Below the pieces are notes generated by a model, which saw only the letters and a program-made list of their open reading frames with translations, was not told the DNA's origin and searched no databases. From a candidate division WOR-3 bacterium (GTDB taxonomy: Bacteria; Hydrothermota; Tepidihabitantia; B3-TA06): 23,790 nt of DNA. A program made the position numbers and the translations under genes. Shown here one piece after another: positions 1 through 8,997 of this stretch. Where the stretch lies: assembly GCA_965649265.1 (NCBI GenBank), contig CBFGKC010000023.1, positions 1 through 23,790 on the forward strand. Reading direction: 5' to 3'. The stretch's first letter is position 1. Each line of letters starts with the position of its first letter.

Positions 1-55
1 TGATGGTTTCGCTCACGATTCATTCCCCTTCGGAAGGGGGAAAGGGAAGGAATTT

Positions 56-174
56 GTGTTACGGGGGGTCCCCGAAGAAACACACCGCGTTTCTTTGGGG
101 TTGTGTTACGGGTGTTATTTCCTTGTAAAACAAGCTGCTTATGAGAATCCCCGGATGGGGACTGGTGTTACGGG
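56..174. repeat. REP-like element: GGGGTCCCC-led hairpin (70-100) flanked by GTGTTACGGG decamers, plus a third decamer
   Basis: GTGTTACGGG at 56-65, 103-112 and 165-174. 12-bp stem CCCCGAAGAAAC/GTTTCTTTGGGG with one G-T pair. Same layout as 22032-22091. Confidence 0.8.
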
Positions 175-1431
175 TTAGTCTACCTTGCGCTTCGGGGAAG
201 GCTTCCTGAACCGCGGACGCTTTCCCTGGGTGATGGTTTCGTCACCGATGACACATTCAACGCAGCCTTCCTTTTTGCGTTCTGGAAGTTCGAACATGAT
301 GTCGAGCATGGTCTGTTCCATTATGGAGCGAAGTCCTCTGGCGCCGGAGCCGCGCTCGTACGCACGGTGGGCGACCGCACGCAGGGCGGAGGGGGTGAAG
401 GTGAGCTTTATTCCTTCCATGTCGAAGTAGTGCTCGTACTGGGTGAGAACGGCGTTGCGGGGTTCTGTCAGGATGCGGATGAGCGCGTCCTCGTCGAGAG
501 AGGTGAGGGAGACGATGACGGGGATGCGGCCTACCAGTTCGGGGATAAGGCCGTAGTGGACCAGGTCCTCGGTTTCGACTCGCGCGAGGATTTCGTCGTC
601 CGAGAAGTTCTCGACCCTGTCGCGCTCGACGCCGAAGCCTATGGCCACCTTGCGGAGCCTCGTGCGGATTATGGGCACGAGCCCGTCGAACATGCCGCCG
701 AAGATGAAGAGTATGCCGCGCGTGTCCATTGGTATGAACTGCTGTTCGGGATGCTTGCGGCCTCCGCGAGGAGGAACGTTCGCGGTTGTGCCTTCGATAA
801 TCTTTAGAAGCGCCTGCTGCACGCCCTCGCCCGAGACGTCGCGGGTTATGGAGGGAGAGTCGGAACGGCGGCTGAGCTTGTCTATCTCATCGAGGTAGAT
901 GATTCCCTGCTGCGCGCGTTCGAGGTCGTAGTTGGCGGACTGCAGGAGCCGGAGGAGGATATTTTCTACATCCTCGCCGACGTAACCGGCCTCGGTGAGC
1001 GGTGTCGCGTCGGAGATGGAGAAGGGAACGTTCATGTAGCGGGCCATGGTCTGCGCAAGCAGCGTTTTGCCTACCCCGGTGGGACCGATGAGGAGAATGT
1101 TGGATTTATCTATCTCGACGCCCTTCGAGCGCGTGATGAGCCGCTTGTAGTGGTTGTAAACGGCGACGGAGAGAACCTTCTTTGACCGTTCCTGTCCGAT
1201 GACGTACGCATCGAGGTGGTTTTTGAATTCGGAGGGCGTGGGCAAGGTTCCGAGAGAAAGAGTCTGCTCGGCGCGCTCCTCGTTGGCGACGACCTCGCCG
1301 AAGAGCTTCACGCACGAGTCGCATATGTAGCCGTGGCGACCCGAGATCATGCGCTTGACTATCTGCTTGGGCCTTCCGCAGAAGGAACACTCTATCTGCT
1401 TCGGAGTCTGGGTTTTATTCTTTTCGCTCAT
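175..1431 (-). CDS. clpX: ATP-dependent Clp protease ATP-binding subunit ClpX
   Basis: N-terminal Zn finger CSFC...CDSC, Walker A GPTGVGKT, pore loop GYVG, Walker [13 protein letters not shown] loop, IGF loop, GARGLR. Start moved to ATG 1431 (MSEK), overlapping the clpP end. Confidence 0.98.
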   Translation of the reverse strand: MSEKNKTQTPKQIECSFCGRPKQIVKRMISGRHGYICDSCVKLFGEVVANEERAEQTLSLGTLPTPSEFKNHLDAYVIGQERSKKVLSVAVYNHYKRLITRSKGVEIDKSNILLIGPTGVGKTLLAQTMARYMNVPFSISDATPLTEAGYVGEDVENILLRLLQSANYDLERAQQGIIYLDEIDKLSRRSDSPSITRDVSGEGVQQALLKIIEGTTANVPPRGGRKHPEQQFIPMDTRGILFIFGGMFDGLVPIIRTRLRKVAIGFGVERDRVENFSDDEILARVETEDLVHYGLIPELVGRIPVIVSLTSLDEDALIRILTEPRNAVLTQYEHYFDMEGIKLTFTPSALRAVAHRAYERGSGARGLRSIMEQTMLDIMFELPERKKEGCVECVIGDETITQGKRPRFRKPSPKRKVD

Positions 1432-2011
1432 TGCCGGGGATGAGGATATCGTCGATGAGACCATACGTCTTGGCCTCTTCGGGGCTCATGAAGTTATCCC
1501 TGTCTGAGTCCTGGGAGATGCGGTCGATGGGCTGGCCGGTTGCGTCTGCAAGTATCTCGTTCAGACGCTGGCGCCACTTGAGAAGCTCGCGCGCGTGGAT
1601 CTCGACGTCGGATGCTACGCCGGAGAGTCCTGAGATGGAGGGCTGGTGAAGCATTATGCGCGAGTTCGGGAGCGCGTAGCGCTTTCCCTTGTGACCTGCG
1701 GCCAGGAGGACGGACGCGATGGACGCGGCCATCCCGACGCAGATGGTTACGACCTTGGACTTTATGTAGCGCATGGTGTCGTAGATGGCGAGTCCGGAGG
1801 TTATGATGCCGCCGGGCGAATTGATGTAGAGGAAGATATCCTTGTCCGAGCTTTCGGCGTCCAGGAACAAAAGCTGGGCGACCACGAGGTTGGCCACGTT
1901 ATCGTCAACCGGCGAACCCAGGAACACGATGCGGTCCTTCAGCAGTCTCGAATAGATATCATAGGCCCTCTCCCCTCTTCCGGTCTGTTCAATGACTATC
2001 GGGATGTACAA
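1415..2011 (-). CDS. clpP: ATP-dependent Clp protease proteolytic subunit ClpP
   Basis: [19 protein letters not shown], catalytic Ser in GMAAS, His in MLHQP, Asp in DRDNF. AAGGAGG RBS upstream of the TTG start. Confidence 0.98.
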   Translation of the reverse strand: MYIPIVIEQTGRGERAYDIYSRLLKDRIVFLGSPVDDNVANLVVAQLLFLDAESSDKDIFLYINSPGGIITSGLAIYDTMRYIKSKVVTICVGMAASIASVLLAAGHKGKRYALPNSRIMLHQPSISGLSGVASDVEIHARELLKWRQRLNEILADATGQPIDRISQDSDRDNFMSPEEAKTYGLIDDILIPGNERKE

Positions 2012-3221
2012 GCAAACCTCCTTGAGCTGCGCGCTCCAAGAGAAAATCTATGGTTTTACGACGAACCAATTCTTCCTTAGCCCTGTCCTTCTTCCATAGG
2101 GATTTAGCCTGGGCAAGAGGGATTCCGAGACCTTTTGAACGCTCCTCGTACCAGCGCTCGAGTTCCTCGTCGGATGTGGCGATTTGCTCCTTTTCCGCGA
2201 GCGTCTCTATTATGAGATCAAGCTTGACATGCTCTCGAGCACGAGGTTCGAGTTCCTTGTGCACTTCCTCGGAATCTTCGAGACGAAGTCTGCGCATGAG
2301 GTAGTGAACCTGTTCCTCTACCAGGGAGGGAGGGGGGTCGAACGGGTTCTTTTCGAGAAGCTGTTTGAATATCTGGTCTTCTTCTTTCTCCCTTACTATG
2401 TTCTTTGCCTCCGTCTCGGCATCTTCGGCGAGCTTTTCGCGAAAGGCTGCGAGGTTTTCATGCCCCACGTCCTTGGCGAAGTTGTCGTCGAGTTCGGGCA
2501 GCTTTTTCTCTTTTACTTCGTGAATCTTGAATTTGAAGACGGCTTTCGTCTCGGTGGACTCGCCTTCCGATACGGGCACGTTCACGGTGACCTCGACTGA
2601 GTCCTGGGCTTTTTTGCCAAGAAGCGCGGCGTTGATATCGGGCAAGTTTTCCTTGTCACCCAGAAGGATGAGAACGCTCGTATGCTTCTCCTCCTTGCCG
2701 CCGGCCTTTTGAGTCGAATAGTCGCATCTTATGAAATCACCTTCCCTTGCTTCCCGTTCGACCGGTTCCAGGCGCGCGGCGCGTTCCCTGAGTGCCTCAA
2801 GACGGCGCTCGAGAAGCTCTTCCTTTGCAGGCGGGGTAACCGCCTCGAGTTTGAGCGCGTCAGTACCGCGCACGTCTATCGCGGGTATAATCTCGACCTC
2901 AACCTCGAAGCGAAGTTCGTCATCCTGGATGAAATTCCAGTGGGTAATCCTGCCCTGGGTAAGCGGTTTGACGTTCTTGTCTTCGAGTGCCTGCCTGTAA
3001 GCCCTGGAGGCAAACTCCTCTACGAGTTCGGCGCGGATATCCTCCTCGAAACGCGAAGCAACCATCTCGAGTGGCGCCTTGCCCGGCCTGAAACCCGCAA
3101 GCTTGGCTTTCTTTGCGAACTTCCTCGTGAGCGCCGCCTTTTCTTCGCCGACCTCGGAAGGCGTAACCTTGCCTTCTATTGCCAGAAGCCAGTCCGATTT
3201 GTGGACTACATTGGTTTCCAC
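1989..3221 (-). CDS. tig: Trigger factor
   Basis: Ribosome-binding signature [31 protein letters not shown]. Canonical tig-clpP-clpX order. AAGGA RBS before the GTG start. Confidence 0.95.
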   Translation of the reverse strand: METNVVHKSDWLLAIEGKVTPSEVGEEKAALTRKFAKKAKLAGFRPGKAPLEMVASRFEEDIRAELVEEFASRAYRQALEDKNVKPLTQGRITHWNFIQDDELRFEVEVEIIPAIDVRGTDALKLEAVTPPAKEELLERRLEALRERAARLEPVEREAREGDFIRCDYSTQKAGGKEEKHTSVLILLGDKENLPDINAALLGKKAQDSVEVTVNVPVSEGESTETKAVFKFKIHEVKEKKLPELDDNFAKDVGHENLAAFREKLAEDAETEAKNIVREKEEDQIFKQLLEKNPFDPPPSLVEEQVHYLMRRLRLEDSEEVHKELEPRAREHVKLDLIIETLAEKEQIATSDEELERWYEERSKGLGIPLAQAKSLWKKDRAKEELVRRKTIDFLLERAAQGGLLVHPDSH

Positions 3222-3287
3222 TTAATTCTTTCCTTTCTTGAAGTAATAATTATTAAAAAGCCCTTTTTAAGGGACTTGCAGTAAACA

Positions 3288-3369
3288 TGCGAGGAGGGGG
3301 AGTTGAACCCCCACGAGTCACCTCACTGGATCCTAAATCCAGCGCGTCTGCCTATTCCGCCATCCTCGC
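3288..3369 (-). tRNA. tRNA-Leu(TAG), CCA not encoded
   Basis: Minus strand reads GCGAGGATGGCGGAATAGGCAGACGCGCTGGATTTAGGATCCAGTGAGGTGACTCGTGGGGGTTCAACTCCCCCTCCTCGCA. Acceptor GCGAGGA/TCCTCGC, anticodon stem CTGGA/TCCAG around TTTAGGA, long variable arm, T-loop TTCAACT, discriminator A. Confidence 0.97.
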
Positions 3370-3478
3370 TTTTTTTCCCCATCATGAGGATGGAGAGTTG
3401 TATTGCATGAAAATTACAACCAGGCATGGAAACAATTGAGTTCCCGGCCCCGAGGTCACGGCTGACCCGCGATGTTTG

Positions 3479-3506
3479 ATTATAGGGGCTCGCCTTAACG
3501 TGTCAA
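3479..3506 (-). promoter_or_regulatory. sigma70-like promoter for tRNA-Leu/tig-clpP-clpX (proximal)
   Basis: TTGACA-N16-TATAAT on the minus strand. Confidence 0.8.
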
Positions 3507-3523
3507 CATAAGCCTTTAGGTGA

Positions 3524-3563
3524 AGAATACTCCGCGAAGTGACGCGCGCAATAGAAACCTGAC
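3524..3563 (-). promoter_or_regulatory. Putative second (distal) promoter for the tRNA-Leu/tig operon, overlapping a 24-bp shared motif
   Basis: TTGCGC(3551-3546)-N16-TATTCT(3529-3524). 3540-3563 matches 20717-20740 at 22/24 nt. Confidence 0.5.
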
Positions 3564-3564
3564 G

Positions 3565-3592
3565 TTGACACGGAATTTTTGCGGGATATCAT
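3565..3592 (+). promoter_or_regulatory. sigma70-like promoter of purL (probably leaderless)
   Basis: TTGACA-N16-TATCAT, then CCGAA and GTG at 3598. No Shine-Dalgarno sequence. Confidence 0.7.
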
Positions 3593-3597
3593 CCGAA

Positions 3598-6450
3598 GTG
3601 ATTTACAGAATAGAAGTGTCGAAGAAAGGCCAGGACCCCCAGGTGGAGGGACTCGTCAGATTATTAGTTGAGGAGGGACTTCCTTCCAAAGGTCTCTCGA
3701 TCATCAGGGTTTACTTTTTGAAAAGCGAACTATCCAAAGGAGATATCGAGATGCTCGCCTGTGAGCTGTTCGCGGACCCCGTGAGCGAGGAACTTTCATT
3801 CGGCCGCTCGGTTCCATCCGGACTCCGGGCTTTAGAGGTATGGTATCATCCCGGGGTGTCCGATCCCGAATCTAACTGGATACTCGCTCATCTCAAGGCA
3901 AGGAATCTTGCAGTCGAGGACGTCAGAAGAGCCACAAGGTTCCTTTTTCCGGCCTCCGTTCCCAGGGCCAAGCTCGTGAGATTCGCGGAGCGTCATCTTT
4001 TCAATCCATTGATCCAGCATCTTACGGTGAGGGGCGAGGAGCCTTTTCCATATTATCACGGCGCACGCTTCAAACAGGAGTTCGTCAAGCTTGATGGACT
4101 TACAGAAGACGAGCTGATGGAACTCTCCTCAAAATCGAGCTGGCACTTCGACGAATCGGAGCTAGGGGCCATAAGGAAACATTTCAAGGATCAGGGGCGT
4201 GACCCTTCGCTCATTGAGATAGAGACGCTGGCTCAGACCTGGTCCGAACACTGCGTGCACAAAACTTTCAATGCCTCCTTCGAGGTCGCAGGAGAGAAAT
4301 TCACGAACCTCCTCAAGGAAACCATAATGAAACCCTCAAGGGACCTTGAACTCCCGTGGTGCCTCTCGCTTTTCAAGGACAACTCCGGAGTGGTCGAGTT
4401 TTCGAAAGACTGGGCGCTCTCATTCAAGGTGGAGACGCACAACCATCCTTCGGCAATCGAGCCTTACGGCGGGGCCGCCACCGGGATAGGCGGTGTAATA
4501 AGAGATGCGCTCGGCACAGGCCTCGGAGCCGACCCGGTGCTGAATACGGACATCTTCTGCTTCGGACCGCCGGGGTTTCCTTCGCGTAAACTTCCGAAAG
4601 GTGTTCTCTCGCCGCGCAGGGTTCTTGAAGGAGTCGTCGGCGGGGTGCGTGACTACGGCAACAGAATGGGTATACCCACCGCAGCGGGTGCCATCTACTT
4701 CGACGAGCTTTATCTTGCCAACCCTCTGGTTTACTGTGGAACCGTCGGCATAATGCCTAAGAGCGCGGTGGAAAAGAAGGTTTCAAAGGGCGATGTGATA
4801 GTGCTTGCAGGAGCAAGGACCGGAAGAGACGGCATACATGGCGTCACGTTCGCTTCAACGGCTCTTGCCGGCTCATCGCAGACGAAATACGGCTCGGCCG
4901 TACAAATCGGCAATCCCATAGAGGAGAAGCTGTTGAGGGATCTCGTTATTGCGGCAAGAAACAAGGGCCTTATCTCGAGCATAACAGACTGCGGGGGTGG
5001 AGGTCTCTCTTCCGCGGTTGGAGAAATGACAAAGAGCAACGGCTGCGTCGTAGAACTCGACAAGGTACCGCTCAAATATGCCGGGCTACTTCCGCACGAG
5101 ATATGGATTTCGGAATCGCAGGAAAGGATGATCGTGTTCGTCAAGCCCGAGAAGATAGCGAGTTTTCTTGAGCTTGCCGGGGAAGTCGGCGTAGAGGCCG
5201 CGGTAATAGGAGAAGTAACTTCGGACAAAACCCTGAGACTCAAATTCAAGGGAAACGAAATAGCCTCTTTGAGAATGGACTTTCTGCACGACGGTCTGCC
5301 TCAGCGCAAGTACCGCATTGAACCGCCGAAACCAGAAATTGAGCCGGATCCCGAAATAGTTCAGCCCAAGGATCTCGGACAGGCGCTCTTGAGACTCCTT
5401 GGGCAGATAAACATTGCCTCGAAAGAATGGGTGATAAGACAGTACGACCACGAAGTCAAAGGGACCACAGTGCTCAAACCTCTTACCGGTGTAAAAGCCG
5501 ACGCCCCTTCGGATGCGGCAGTAATACAACCCATTCTTGACGACCCTTTGTGCGTGGCAGTTTCTCACGGACTTGCACCGAGGTATGCCCTGATTGATTC
5601 ATACTGGTCGGCGGCATCCGCGATCGACGAGGCCATACGCAACCTGGTAGTCTCTGGCGGTCGCCTCGATCGTGTTGCTCTTCTCGATAATTTTTGCGCA
5701 GGAGATACGCAAGACCAGCGGATACTTTACGAGGTTGTCCGGGCGGCCGCGGCGTGCCGCGACGCCACCAAAATCTATGGAACACCTTTCATATCGGGAA
5801 AAGACAGCCTCAACAATTTCTTTACGCCCACGGAAAAGGAAAGAATAAATATTCCCACAACCCTTCTCGTATCCGCACTCACGCTGGTCAAGGACGCTTC
5901 ATGCATAATATCGTCCGATTTCAAACGTCCTCGCTCACGCATCTATCTCCTGGGAAAAACAGGATTAGAGATGGGTGGGAGCGAATACTTCCATTTAAAC
6001 ATGCAGCTGGGCACAAGCGTTCCGCATGTGGAGATGAAGCAGGCCAAGAAACGCTACCAGAAATTCGAACGAGCCGCCCGTGCGGGTCTTGTTCTTGCCG
6101 CCCACGATATATCCGAAGGGGGTCTCGGTGTCGCACTCGCCGAGATGTGCCTTGGCGGCGACATGGGTGCAAAAATCCATCTGGACATGATACCCGGAGC
6201 AAGGGAGATAACGAGAAAGGACTACCTTCTTTTTTCGGAGACCCAGAGCCGCATTCTCGTGGAAGTAAGCGAAAAATGCGCTGCGGACTTTGAAAAAATC
6301 TTCGAAGGCGAGCTCTTTGCACAGATTGGCGAGACCACTTCCGAGCCGCGCTTGATCTTGCAGGAAGACGCCCGCCGCACGATTGCGACGGTTTCAGTGG
6401 AAGAGATACGCGCATCCTGGACTCAGGGTCTGAATCGTTTCCTCGATTGA
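3598..6450 (+). CDS. purL: Phosphoribosylformylglycinamidine synthase subunit PurL with fused N-terminal PurS-like domains
   Basis: QTWSEHCVHK, FKVETHNHPSAIEPYGGAATGIGG, DCGGGGL, SESQERM, YDHEV, FISGKDSL, HDISEGG, LFSETQSR. The N-terminal ~140 aa (YRIEV...DP..LFADPV; EVWYHPGVSDP...LFNPLIQ) resemble tandem PurS units. No glutaminase domain. Start placed at GTG 3598 rather than 3520 because of the promoter position. Confidence 0.95.
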   Translation: MIYRIEVSKKGQDPQVEGLVRLLVEEGLPSKGLSIIRVYFLKSELSKGDIEMLACELFADPVSEELSFGRSVPSGLRALEVWYHPGVSDPESNWILAHLKARNLAVEDVRRATRFLFPASVPRAKLVRFAERHLFNPLIQHLTVRGEEPFPYYHGARFKQEFVKLDGLTEDELMELSSKSSWHFDESELGAIRKHFKDQGRDPSLIEIETLAQTWSEHCVHKTFNASFEVAGEKFTNLLKETIMKPSRDLELPWCLSLFKDNSGVVEFSKDWALSFKVETHNHPSAIEPYGGAATGIGGVIRDALGTGLGADPVLNTDIFCFGPPGFPSRKLPKGVLSPRRVLEGVVGGVRDYGNRMGIPTAAGAIYFDELYLANPLVYCGTVGIMPKSAVEKKVSKGDVIVLAGARTGRDGIHGVTFASTALAGSSQTKYGSAVQIGNPIEEKLLRDLVIAARNKGLISSITDCGGGGLSSAVGEMTKSNGCVVELDKVPLKYAGLLPHEIWISESQERMIVFVKPEKIASFLELAGEVGVEAAVIGEVTSDKTLRLKFKGNEIASLRMDFLHDGLPQRKYRIEPPKPEIEPDPEIVQPKDLGQALLRLLGQINIASKEWVIRQYDHEVKGTTVLKPLTGVKADAPSDAAVIQPILDDPLCVAVSHGLAPRYALIDSYWSAASAIDEAIRNLVVSGGRLDRVALLDNFCAGDTQDQRILYEVVRAAAACRDATKIYGTPFISGKDSLNNFFTPTEKERINIPTTLLVSALTLVKDASCIISSDFKRPRSRIYLLGKTGLEMGGSEYFHLNMQLGTSVPHVEMKQAKKRYQKFERAARAGLVLAAHDISEGGLGVALAEMCLGGDMGAKIHLDMIPGAREITRKDYLLFSETQSRILVEVSEKCAADFEKIFEGELFAQIGETTSEPRLILQEDARRTIATVSVEEIRASWTQGLNRFLD

Positions 6451-7235
6451 TGATAGCTGGAGTTTTACAATTCGCGCCCGAATGGGGATCAAAGGAAGCG
6501 AATTTTCGAAAGATTAAAACGCTTTGTGAAGGAAAGAGTGTCGATTTGCTCGTTCTTCCCGAGTTATCAACGACCGGATACTTTTTTCTGTCGCGCAAGG
6601 AACTTGAACCGCTGGCCGAAAGATTTCCAGGCGGAGAGACCACCGATTTTCTTACCTCTCTCGCAAAGCAAGTTGAAGGGTACGTTGTCGCCGGTGTCGC
6701 GGAAAAGGATGAGGAAAAGCTTTACAACTCTGCCGCACTGGTCGGTCCGGAAGGATTTGTCGCCATATACCGCAAAGTTCACCTCTTCTCTAGCGAGAAA
6801 AAGGTTTTCGATCCGGGCAATCTCGGGTTTCCCGTTTTCGACCTGGGTTTCGCCAAGGTGGGGATGATGATCTGCTTCGACTGGATATTTCCCGAATCCG
6901 CTCGCTCACTCGCACTGGAGGATGCTGATGTCATCGCTCATCCTGCCAATCTGGTTCTACCGTACTGTCCCCAGACGGTTTTTACGCGGGCGCTTGAAAA
7001 TCATGTATTCTACATGCTCGCAAACAGGACAGGCAAAGAAAGGCGAAGGGATATCGAGCTGAATTTTATTGGGCAGAGCCGGATCATAGGTACAAAGGGC
7101 GAGATGCTTGCATCGCTGGAGGGGGAGGAGGGGCTCATCACCTCCACAATTGAACCTTTCCATGCAAGAGATAAACACATCACGCCAGATAACGACCTTT
7201 TCCTTGACAGACGCCCTCAACAGTACAAACTCTAG
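6450..7235 (+). CDS. Nitrilase-superfamily carbon-nitrogen hydrolase
   Basis: Glu-Lys-Cys triad motifs VLPEL, YRKVHLF and ICFDWIFPE, plus RALEN, ANRTG and FIGQS. ATG overlaps the purL stop (TGATG). Confidence 0.92.
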   Translation: MIAGVLQFAPEWGSKEANFRKIKTLCEGKSVDLLVLPELSTTGYFFLSRKELEPLAERFPGGETTDFLTSLAKQVEGYVVAGVAEKDEEKLYNSAALVGPEGFVAIYRKVHLFSSEKKVFDPGNLGFPVFDLGFAKVGMMICFDWIFPESARSLALEDADVIAHPANLVLPYCPQTVFTRALENHVFYMLANRTGKERRRDIELNFIGQSRIIGTKGEMLASLEGEEGLITSTIEPFHARDKHITPDNDLFLDRRPQQYKL

Positions 7236-7539
7236 CTAAACTCACTGGATAACCGTCACCAGGCTGAGATTTGACAGATCTTCTTGAGCCAAAAATGATG
7301 TTACCAGTGGCTTAAGGTCTTTATTATACTAAAAGAGTCCGCCGAAGATTCTTTTAGAAACCTTGTGACGTCCGGCAGCCTTAGAAACAGATGAAGAACC
7401 GACCGGGATCAACCAGGGAAAAAAAAGATTGCGAACCGGAAAGCACAAGAAGGACTCGAAGCAGTATTGCTTGATTTTGAAACCAGGGAGCCAAAAAAAT
7501 GGACTCCTACTTCCTTTCGCAAAAAGGACTTACAAAAGC

Positions 7540-7567
7540 TTGACATGTAGAAAGATGCCTATATAAT
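7540..7567 (+). promoter_or_regulatory. sigma70-like promoter of the Roadblock/LC7 gene
   Basis: TTGACA-N16-TATAAT; GGAGG RBS at about 7579-7583. Confidence 0.8.
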
Positions 7568-7587
7568 GACTTTTCATTGGAGGATAG

Positions 7588-8007
7588 ATGCCAGGACTTG
7601 AAGATAAACTACGTGCGATACTTTTCAAATTGACACAATCTTCACCAGAAATCCAAGCATCGGCTGTGGTAAGCATGGATGGTCTCATGCTGGCCTCAGC
7701 ACTTCCCGCCGGAACAAAGGACGACGATGTAGCTGCAATATCGGCAACCCTTCTAGGTCTTGGCGAGCGGACGGTGGAGGAGTTCCGTCAAGGAACGCTG
7801 GAGCAGGTATACGTCAAGGGAAGCAAGGGATACACCATCATCACGAATACTGGTCAGGATACCGTGATCGTAGTGGTGACCGATGAAAACGCGAAGCTGG
7901 GACTCATCTTTTACCAGATCAGAATTGTGGCCAAAGAGGTCTCACAGGCCTTCGCAAATCTCCTTGACGTCCCGGGACCGGGACAGCCAAACACCTTCAT
8001 AAGATAA
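7588..8007 (+). CDS. Roadblock/LC7 (MglB-like) domain protein
   Basis: AVVSMDGLMLASALP, VAAISATLLGLGER, LEQVYVKGSKGY and AKLGLIF are typical of the Roadblock/LC7 family. Has its own promoter and RBS. Confidence 0.9.
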   Translation: MPGLEDKLRAILFKLTQSSPEIQASAVVSMDGLMLASALPAGTKDDDVAAISATLLGLGERTVEEFRQGTLEQVYVKGSKGYTIITNTGQDTVIVVVTDENAKLGLIFYQIRIVAKEVSQAFANLLDVPGPGQPNTFIR

Positions 8008-8073
8008 TATTCCTGAAAAGGAAAAATAGTCCGGTTAGGTTGGCGCGAGGGATTTATTTCCGGGGAAGCGATT

Positions 8074-8868
8074 TCACGAAAACTTGCTCCTGGCCTTTTT
8101 TACAAGGTTGGTCAGAAGCGTCAGACCGTGAGGCTCACCGGAGAACTCGCTGCGGGGATTGAGTGGATGCTGCTGCTGAAGCACGAAACGTTCAGGATGA
8201 GGCATGAGACCCATAACCTGCCCGGACGGGTCGGTAATTGCGGCGATGTGGCCTTCCGAGCCATTAGGGTTTGCAGGGTACTTCGGAGGAGTACCGTCGT
8301 TGGTTGCGTAGCGAAGAATGATCTGGCCGTTCGTCTCGAGCTGGCGAAGCACTTTTTTGTCCTTCACGGTGAACCTTCCCTCGGCGTGCGCGACTGGCAG
8401 GTTGATAACCTTCGGAAGCCCCTTTACCCAGAAGCTTGAGCCTTCCGGCTTGAGATATACCCAGCGGGCCTCGAACCGCAGGGATTGGTTCGCTTCGAGA
8501 GTAACGGACGGTTTCTCGAACGGTTTCTCGAAAAGCGGCAACAGCCCGCTCTTGACAAGAATCTGAAAACCGTTGCATATACCTATTATAAACTTGCCGT
8601 CTTTCAGGAATTGCGAAATTTCCTTGGACATGCTGTGCTTTAAATCGGCGGCAAAGAGCGTTCCTGCTCCCACGTAATCGCCGTACGCGAAGCCGCCCGG
8701 AAAAACGAGGATGTGGTAGGAACCGAGATCTTCCGGATGACGGCAGAACAGCCTAAGGCTCTCCTCAACAACTTCGCAGCCGAGCAGGCGGAAAGCAAAG
8801 ACCGTTTCGGCATCGCAGTTGGTTCCGGGACCCGACAGCACAAGAACTTTTAATGCAGATGAACTCAC
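8074..8868 (-). CDS. purQ: Phosphoribosylformylglycinamidine synthase glutaminase subunit PurQ
   Basis: GPGTNCD, PGGFAYGD, catalytic GICNGFQ, PVAHAEG, NPNGS, GLMPHPER. Confidence 0.96.
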   Translation of the reverse strand: MSSSALKVLVLSGPGTNCDAETVFAFRLLGCEVVEESLRLFCRHPEDLGSYHILVFPGGFAYGDYVGAGTLFAADLKHSMSKEISQFLKDGKFIIGICNGFQILVKSGLLPLFEKPFEKPSVTLEANQSLRFEARWVYLKPEGSSFWVKGLPKVINLPVAHAEGRFTVKDKKVLRQLETNGQIILRYATNDGTPPKYPANPNGSEGHIAAITDPSGQVMGLMPHPERFVLQQQHPLNPRSEFSGEPHGLTLLTNLVKKARSKFS

Positions 8869-8873
8869 TTTGG

Positions 8874-8901
8874 AGTGTATCTAACCGCTAAATTTTGTCA
8901 A
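8874..8901 (-). promoter_or_regulatory. sigma70-like promoter of purQ (probably leaderless)
   Basis: TTGACA-N16-TACACT, then CCAAA and GTG at 8868. No Shine-Dalgarno sequence. Confidence 0.7.
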
Positions 8902-8997
8902 CGGCAAGCGGGATGATTTGGAACCGTTGATATAAAAGCATCCGCAAAGTTCAGAGGGAAAAACAAGCCGTATTCAATATTTTCACACCGGGCAGCA

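Noticed and set aside
1-23. Start of a minus-strand gene at the window edge, and the TGATGGTTTCG match to 231-241
   Set aside because: Too little sequence to support a CDS call. An 11-nt match can arise by chance.
56-174. Decamer repeats as a mini CRISPR array
   Set aside because: The repeat is only 10 nt, spacing is irregular, the intervening sequence is itself a repeated hairpin, and there are no cas genes.
3288-3369. tRNA-Leu as the integration site of an island
   Set aside because: I found no duplicate of the tRNA 3' end and no integrase. tRNA-Leu upstream of tig is a common native arrangement.
3520-3597. N-terminal extension of purL in the ORF track
   Set aside because: It overlaps the promoter elements. 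PurS-like sequence begins at GTG 3598.
2184-6643. Long antisense or alternative-frame ORFs over tig, purL and the nitrilase (e.g. 2682-3284, 5694-6293, 5921-6643)
   Set aside because: They are fully explained by codon bias of well-supported genes and contain no recognisable domains.
7271-7300. TTGACA at 7271 as a promoter
   Set aside because: No TAnnnT hexamer at a 15-19-nt spacing.
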